From Vulcanimicrobiota bacterium (lineage in GTDB: Bacteria; Vulcanimicrobiota; Vulcanimicrobiia; Vulcanimicrobiales; Vulcanimicrobiaceae), in the NCBI GenBank assembly GCA_003135555.1, contig PLCF01000095.1, positions 1 through 31,214 on the forward strand: DNA of 31,214 bases. The letters run 5' to 3'. Positions 26,973 to 31,214 of the stretch are shown here, piece by piece (the first letter of the stretch is position 1; every line of letters starts with the position of its first letter). The notes under the pieces are model-generated. The model was not told the origin of the DNA and made no database searches. It worked only from the letters and a program-made list of their open reading frames with translations. The translations under genes were made by a program, and so were the position numbers.

Positions 26973-27065
26973 CGTAACGCAAACATCGTAGCACGTTCAG
27001 CGCGGGCCGATGCGACGTACAACGCGGCGTCGTCCTACGCGTGCGGCCAGCCAACACCCTCGCGG

Positions 27066-28112
27066 CTATGCGCCGCGCTCGCGCGCCAGCAGCGCGCGCT
27101 TGCGTTCGAGGCCCCAGCGGTAGCCCGCCGGCCCGCCGTCTGCGCGGACGGCACGGTGGCACGGGATCGCGACGGCGAGGCGGTTCGCCGCACACGCCGC
27201 GCCGACGGCCTGCGCCGCGTGCGGGCTTCCGACCGCGCGCGCGATCGCGCCGTAGGTCACCGGTGCGCCGGGGCGCACCGCGCGCAGCGCCTTCCACACG
27301 CGGCGCTGGAACGCGGTGCCGCGAACGTCGAGCGGCAGCCCGAACGGCGCCGCCGGGTCGTCGACCAGCGCTACGACGGCGTCAACGGTCGCGCGCAGGG
27401 CCGCATCGTCGCGCGCGCGCTCGGCGTTGGGCACGTGTCGCGCGAGCGCGGCGAGCACCGCGGCGTCGTCGTCGCCGAGCTCGATCGCGCAGACGCCGCG
27501 CTCGGTCGTCGCAACGAGCACGCGCCCCAGCGAGCAGTCTGCGAGCGCGTACGTGACGTGCTCGCCGCGACCGCCGGCCCGATAGCGCGTCGGCGTCATC
27601 CCCAGCGCCGCGCCGTCGTAGGGCCGGCTCGACGAGCCGTAGCCCGCAGCCTGGATCGCGGCGGTGACGCTGGTGCCCGCGGCGAGCCCGGTGCGAAACC
27701 GCTGCGCGCGCCGCGCGCGCAGATACTCGCCCGGCGTCACGCCGGTAACGCCGCGGAAGACGCGCTGGAAGTGGAAGCGGCTCAGCCCGACGCTCCGCGC
27801 GACGTCATCGAGCGCCGGCGCGTCGGCTGCCCCGAGCAGCTCGCAGGCGCGCTCGATGAGCCGCAGGCGGTCCGCGTCGGACGAGACGTCGTCGGGCGCA
27901 CAGCGCTTGCAGGCGCGAAACCCCGCGTCCGCCGCCGCCGCGGCATCGCGGAACGCGAACACGTTGCGCCGCGCCGGCGTGCGCGACGGGCAACCCGGCC
28001 GGCAGTAGATGCTCGTCGTTCGCACCGCAAAGACGAAGCGGTCGTCGCGTTCTCGATCGCGGACCGCCTGCCAGCGCGCATCGTCGATGGGTTCCAACGT
28101 CGTCACCTCCAT
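27066..28112 (-). CDS. ada: bifunctional transcriptional activator / O6-methylguanine-DNA methyltransferase
   Basis: IYCRPGCPSR...GFRACKRC zinc domain, AraC HTH, IPCHR active site. Confidence 0.96.
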   Translation of the reverse strand: MEVTTLEPIDDARWQAVRDRERDDRFVFAVRTTSIYCRPGCPSRTPARRNVFAFRDAAAAADAGFRACKRCAPDDVSSDADRLRLIERACELLGAADAPALDDVARSVGLSRFHFQRVFRGVTGVTPGEYLRARRAQRFRTGLAAGTSVTAAIQAAGYGSSSRPYDGAALGMTPTRYRAGGRGEHVTYALADCSLGRVLVATTERGVCAIELGDDDAAVLAALARHVPNAERARDDAALRATVDAVVALVDDPAAPFGLPLDVRGTAFQRRVWKALRAVRPGAPVTYGAIARAVGSPHAAQAVGAACAANRLAVAIPCHRAVRADGGPAGYRWGLERKRALLARERGA

Positions 28113-28218
28113 GTCCCTACGGTAGCGGCTTCGGAGGCACCGCGCGCTCCGTGCATTGCTCTGACATGCCTCCCAGGCTTTTAACTCCCTTTGAACGTCC
28201 AGTGAGCCGCAGGCGAAC

Positions 28219-28243
28219 GTAGGACTCGCTTCGCGAGTCCTAC
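28219..28243. repeat. GTAG-type REP-like perfect hairpin overlapping the mnmE stop
   Basis: GTAGGACTCGC-TTC-GCGAGTCCTAC, 11-bp perfect stem. Confidence 0.7.
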
Positions 28244-29589
28244 TTGCCGATGCAAAAGCGCGCGAACACGCCGTCCAGGATCCCCTCGGTCGCGGTGGCG
28301 CCGGTTACCTCGCCCAGCGCGGCGACCGCGGCGAGCAGATCCGGCGCGACGAGGTCGAGCGGCTCGGCGGCGCGCAGCGTCGCGCCGGCGTGGGCCAGGG
28401 CCTCGACGGCCCGCGCAACCGCGTCGGCTTGCCGGGCCGACGCGAGGTGCGGGCGCGCCAGATCGATGGTCTCGCCGTGCCAGCCGGCGACCGCGATCGA
28501 GCCGCGCACCGCGTCGAGCGTCAGCTCGTCGAACGCCGAGCCGCTCAGCGCTTCGCGTTCCTCGGGCGCGCGCTCGTCGTAGCCGCGGCTACCCAAGTCG
28601 CGTTTGTTGAACAGCACGACCCGGGCGCGCCCGCGGGTCGCGCGCAGCACGGCGTCGGCATCGCCATCGAGCGGCCGCGACCCGTCCACGACGACCAGCG
28701 CCAGCGCCGACGCCTCGAGTGCTCGGCGCGCGCGGTCGACGCCGAGCTGCTCGACCGCGTCGTCGCTGGCGCGCAGCCCGGCGGTATCGAGCACCCGCAC
28801 CGCCACGCCGTCGACCGCAAAGGTCTCCTCGATCACGTCGCGAGTCGTCCCGGCGATCTCCGAGACGATCGCCCGGTCCTCACGCAGCAGCCCGTTGAGC
28901 AGCGACGACTTCCCGGCGTTGGGCGGCCCGACGATCGCCAGCGACATGCCTTCGCGCACCGCGCGGCCGCGCTCCCAATCGAGCACCAGCGCAGCGAGCC
29001 GCGCGTTCGCGTCGTCCACCACGCCGCCCACCCGCTCGCGCGTAGGTTCCGGCACTTCGTCGGGATAGTCGATCGCGGCGGCGAGCTCCTCGAGCACCGC
29101 GGCGAGCCGCGCGCGTACGTCATCGACCGCGGCGCGCAACGCCCCGCCGAGATTTGCCTGCGCTGCACGCGCCGCTGCGCGCGACTCCGCATCGATCAGA
29201 TCGGCGACGGCTTCCGCCGCGCTGAGATCGAGCTTCCCGTTCTCGAACGCCCGGCGGGTGAACTCGCCCGGGCCGGCCGCGCGCGCTCCGGCGTGGAGTA
29301 ACGCGCGCAACGTCTCGCGCGCGACGACCGGGCTACCGTGCACGTGCAACTCGACAACGTCTTCGCCCGTCGCGCTGCGCGGCGCGTTCATCGCCAGCGC
29401 GAGCCCACGGTCGATCACTGCACCGTCGACGTCGAGGATCGCACCGTAAGCCGCGCAACGATCGCGTAGCGGCTCGCGGCTGCGAAACACGCGCGCGACG
29501 ATCGCGCGCGCCGCGGGCCCGCTGCACCGCACGATGGCGAGCGCGCCGCGGCCGGGCGCGGTTGCGATCGCCGCGATCGTATCGCCCGT
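28240..29589 (-). CDS. mnmE: tRNA modification GTPase MnmE/TrmE (start codon non-canonical or mutated)
   Basis: frame extends upstream of the listed ORF to GDTIAAIATAPGRGALAIVR; GEDVVE, GPPNAGKSS, GTTRD, DTAG, NKRD, FCIGK. Confidence 0.95.
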   Translation of the reverse strand, partial: TGDTIAAIATAPGRGALAIVRCSGPAARAIVARVFRSREPLRDRCAAYGAILDVDGAVIDRGLALAMNAPRSATGEDVVELHVHGSPVVARETLRALLHAGARAAGPGEFTRRAFENGKLDLSAAEAVADLIDAESRAAARAAQANLGGALRAAVDDVRARLAAVLEELAAAIDYPDEVPEPTRERVGGVVDDANARLAALVLDWERGRAVREGMSLAIVGPPNAGKSSLLNGLLREDRAIVSEIAGTTRDVIEETFAVDGVAVRVLDTAGLRASDDAVEQLGVDRARRALEASALALVVVDGSRPLDGDADAVLRATRGRARVVLFNKRDLGSRGYDERAPEEREALSGSAFDELTLDAVRGSIAVAGWHGETIDLARPHLASARQADAVARAVEALAHAGATLRAAEPLDLVAPDLLAAVAALGEVTGATATEGILDGVFARFCIGK

Positions 29590-30251
29590 TACGCTTCCTC
29601 TGGGCTCGGGTCGGCGCCGGCCGATTTCGGGAAGACGACGAGCCGGCGCTCCGGTTCGACGCCCTCGGATTCGGTCCGCACGAACGGCGAGTCCGCCAGC
29701 GCCAGATGCACGATCTTGCGCTCGGACGGCAGCATCGGTTCCAGCTTGATCGGTGTGTTCTCGCGCACGACGCGTTCGAGCGTCGCCAGCGCGAGCGTCT
29801 TGAGCTGATCGGCGCGCCGCGCTCGATAGCCTTCGGCGTCGATCGTGTAGTAACGCCGGTTGTTGCGCACGCCGGCGTTGATGATGTTGTTGTAGATGAG
29901 GTTGAGCGCCTCGAGCGTCTTGCCCTCGCGCCCGATCAGCGAGGCGAGGCGTGGACCGCGCACTTCGAAGTACTCGCCCTCGCTGCGCGCGATGTAGACG
30001 ATGTCGACGTCGTCGAGCCCCATCTTGGCGAGGATCTCCACGAGCAACGCACGCGCCGGCTTGGCCGCCTCCGGCTCGACCGACGGCTCGACCGGCGCCA
30101 TCGGCTCACGCGGTGGACCCGTGTGCCGCGGCGGGCGACGCTCGCCGGCCGGGCTGGGAGCCGGACTGCGCTTTTCGAGCGAACGTCCCGCCCGGCGCCG
30201 CTGACCGTGGGCGCCGCGGCGCCCGCCTTCGAACTCTTCCATGTCGCTCAA
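29589..30251 (-). CDS. jag: Jag/KhpB/EloR RNA-binding protein (KH plus R3H)
   Basis: LIGREGKTLEAL, LEPMLPSERKIVH, SEGVEPER; start TTG 30251 or ATG 30242. Confidence 0.9.
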   Translation of the reverse strand: MSDMEEFEGGRRGAHGQRRRAGRSLEKRSPAPSPAGERRPPRHTGPPREPMAPVEPSVEPEAAKPARALLVEILAKMGLDDVDIVYIARSEGEYFEVRGPRLASLIGREGKTLEALNLIYNNIINAGVRNNRRYYTIDAEGYRARRADQLKTLALATLERVVRENTPIKLEPMLPSERKIVHLALADSPFVRTESEGVEPERRLVVFPKSAGADPSPEEA

Positions 30252-30267
30252 CGTTCTTTCCGATCCA

Positions 30268-31128
30268 CTAGCGGCGGCTCCGCTTCCGGGGGCGATAGGC
30301 GCGCTTCCCGTTCGAGGCGGCGGTCCCGCTCTGGAGCTTGGCGTCGGGCTTGCCGGCGCTCGCAATCGCCGGCGCCGGCTCGGGCGGCGGGGTCAAGACG
30401 GTCATCTTGTTGGGGCCGATGAGCCCGTAGCGCCGGAACATCCAGTATTGCTGCGCGACGGTGAACACGTTAGTCGCCAGCCAGTAGATGTACAGCGCCG
30501 ACGCCCATTGGTATTTGAAACCGAAGAACGCGATCATCGCCGGGGAGACGATCGCCATGATCTTCTGCGTCTGCGCCTGCTGCGGATCGGTCGACGGCGG
30601 GCTGCCGTAACGCACCGTGAAGTACATCGAGATCACGTACAGGATCAGCAACGCGATGTCGGGCGTCGCCAAACTGGTTCCCAGGATGTTCGCATGGGGA
30701 TACTGCCGGGCGAGCCCTTGCGCGAACGACGATCCGATCCACAGCCAATGCTCGTGCGAGAACGACGCGATCTGGGCCTGAATCGCCCAGAACAGTCCGA
30801 TGAGGATCGGGAACTGGATCAGCATCGGAACGCAGCCGGCCAGCGGGTTGACCTTGTGCTCTTTGTAGAGCGCCATCATCGCGGCGTTCTGGGCCTGCGG
30901 ATCGCCCTTGTGCTTGGCTTGGAGCTGTTTGACGAGCGGCTGGACCTTCTGCATCTCCGCCATCGAGCGGAATTGGATCTCCGAGAGCGGCCACAGCACG
31001 AGCCGCACCACGAACGCCAGCGCGATCAGCGCCCAGCCGTACGACGGGATGATCGTATGGATGTAGGTGAGCACCTGGCCCAGCGCGTGGACCAGCGGGT
31101 CGAAGAAGATGTTGGCGGCGAGGAACAC
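30268..31128 (-). CDS. yidC: membrane protein insertase YidC (short Gram-positive type)
   Basis: YGWALI...VRLVLWPL, LYKEHKVNPLAGCVPMLIQFPI, LYIYW; GTG start at 31128 inferred. Confidence 0.95.
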   Translation of the reverse strand: MFLAANIFFDPLVHALGQVLTYIHTIIPSYGWALIALAFVVRLVLWPLSEIQFRSMAEMQKVQPLVKQLQAKHKGDPQAQNAAMMALYKEHKVNPLAGCVPMLIQFPILIGLFWAIQAQIASFSHEHWLWIGSSFAQGLARQYPHANILGTSLATPDIALLILYVISMYFTVRYGSPPSTDPQQAQTQKIMAIVSPAMIAFFGFKYQWASALYIYWLATNVFTVAQQYWMFRRYGLIGPNKMTVLTPPPEPAPAIASAGKPDAKLQSGTAASNGKRAYRPRKRSRR

Positions 31129-31133
31129 GGGCG

Positions 31134-31214
31134 TCAGGGGGCCTTTCCAGAGGGGACCGGGTCGTAGCCGCCCGGGTGCCAGGGTCCGCACCGGCCGAGC
31201 CGGCGCACGGCCAG
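31134..31214 (-). CDS. yidD: membrane protein insertion efficiency factor YidD, 3' end (partial)
   Basis: my translation LAVRRLGRCGPWHPGGYDPVPSGKAP* matches the RCxPxxxGGxDPVP motif. Confidence 0.9.
   Translation of the reverse strand: MAVRRLGRCGPWHPGGYDPVPSGKAP

Noticed and set aside
25140..28184. 1014-aa ORF on the + strand
   Set aside because: Antisense shadow of mnmG and ada in high-GC DNA; Arg/Ala-rich with no motifs

Overview
High-GC (~70%) bacterial chromosomal segment next to the replication origin; the gene content is consistent with a Terrabacteria lineage such as Eremiobacterota (inference, not verified). The + strand carries rpmA-obgE-nadD-lysA-maf-mreBCD-mrdA. The - strand carries the origin-proximal cluster yidD(partial)-yidC-jag-mnmE-(ada)-mnmG-rsmG-[IS]-cca-parA-parB, followed by two secreted proteins and thiE-thiD. 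The main accessory element is a complete 3051-bp IS1595-family transposon (21355-24405; 27-bp inverted repeats, 8-bp target duplication) inserted at a pair of parS-like sites. Its cargo is a DUF3800-type RNase H-fold protein preceded by a promoter and a long hairpin (candidate ncRNA), a divergent ribbon-helix-helix gene, four operator-like repeats with exact 10-bp spacing, and several small ORFs. Also notable: two inverted ~150-bp structured repeats with compensatory stem changes flanking an orphan membrane ORF, a 1183-aa DUF11-like repeat protein paired with a membrane HEAT-repeat protein, an MreB with an actin-like Gln at the catalytic Glu position, and an mnmE lacking a canonical start codon. 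All family assignments come from motif recognition by eye; no searches were run.
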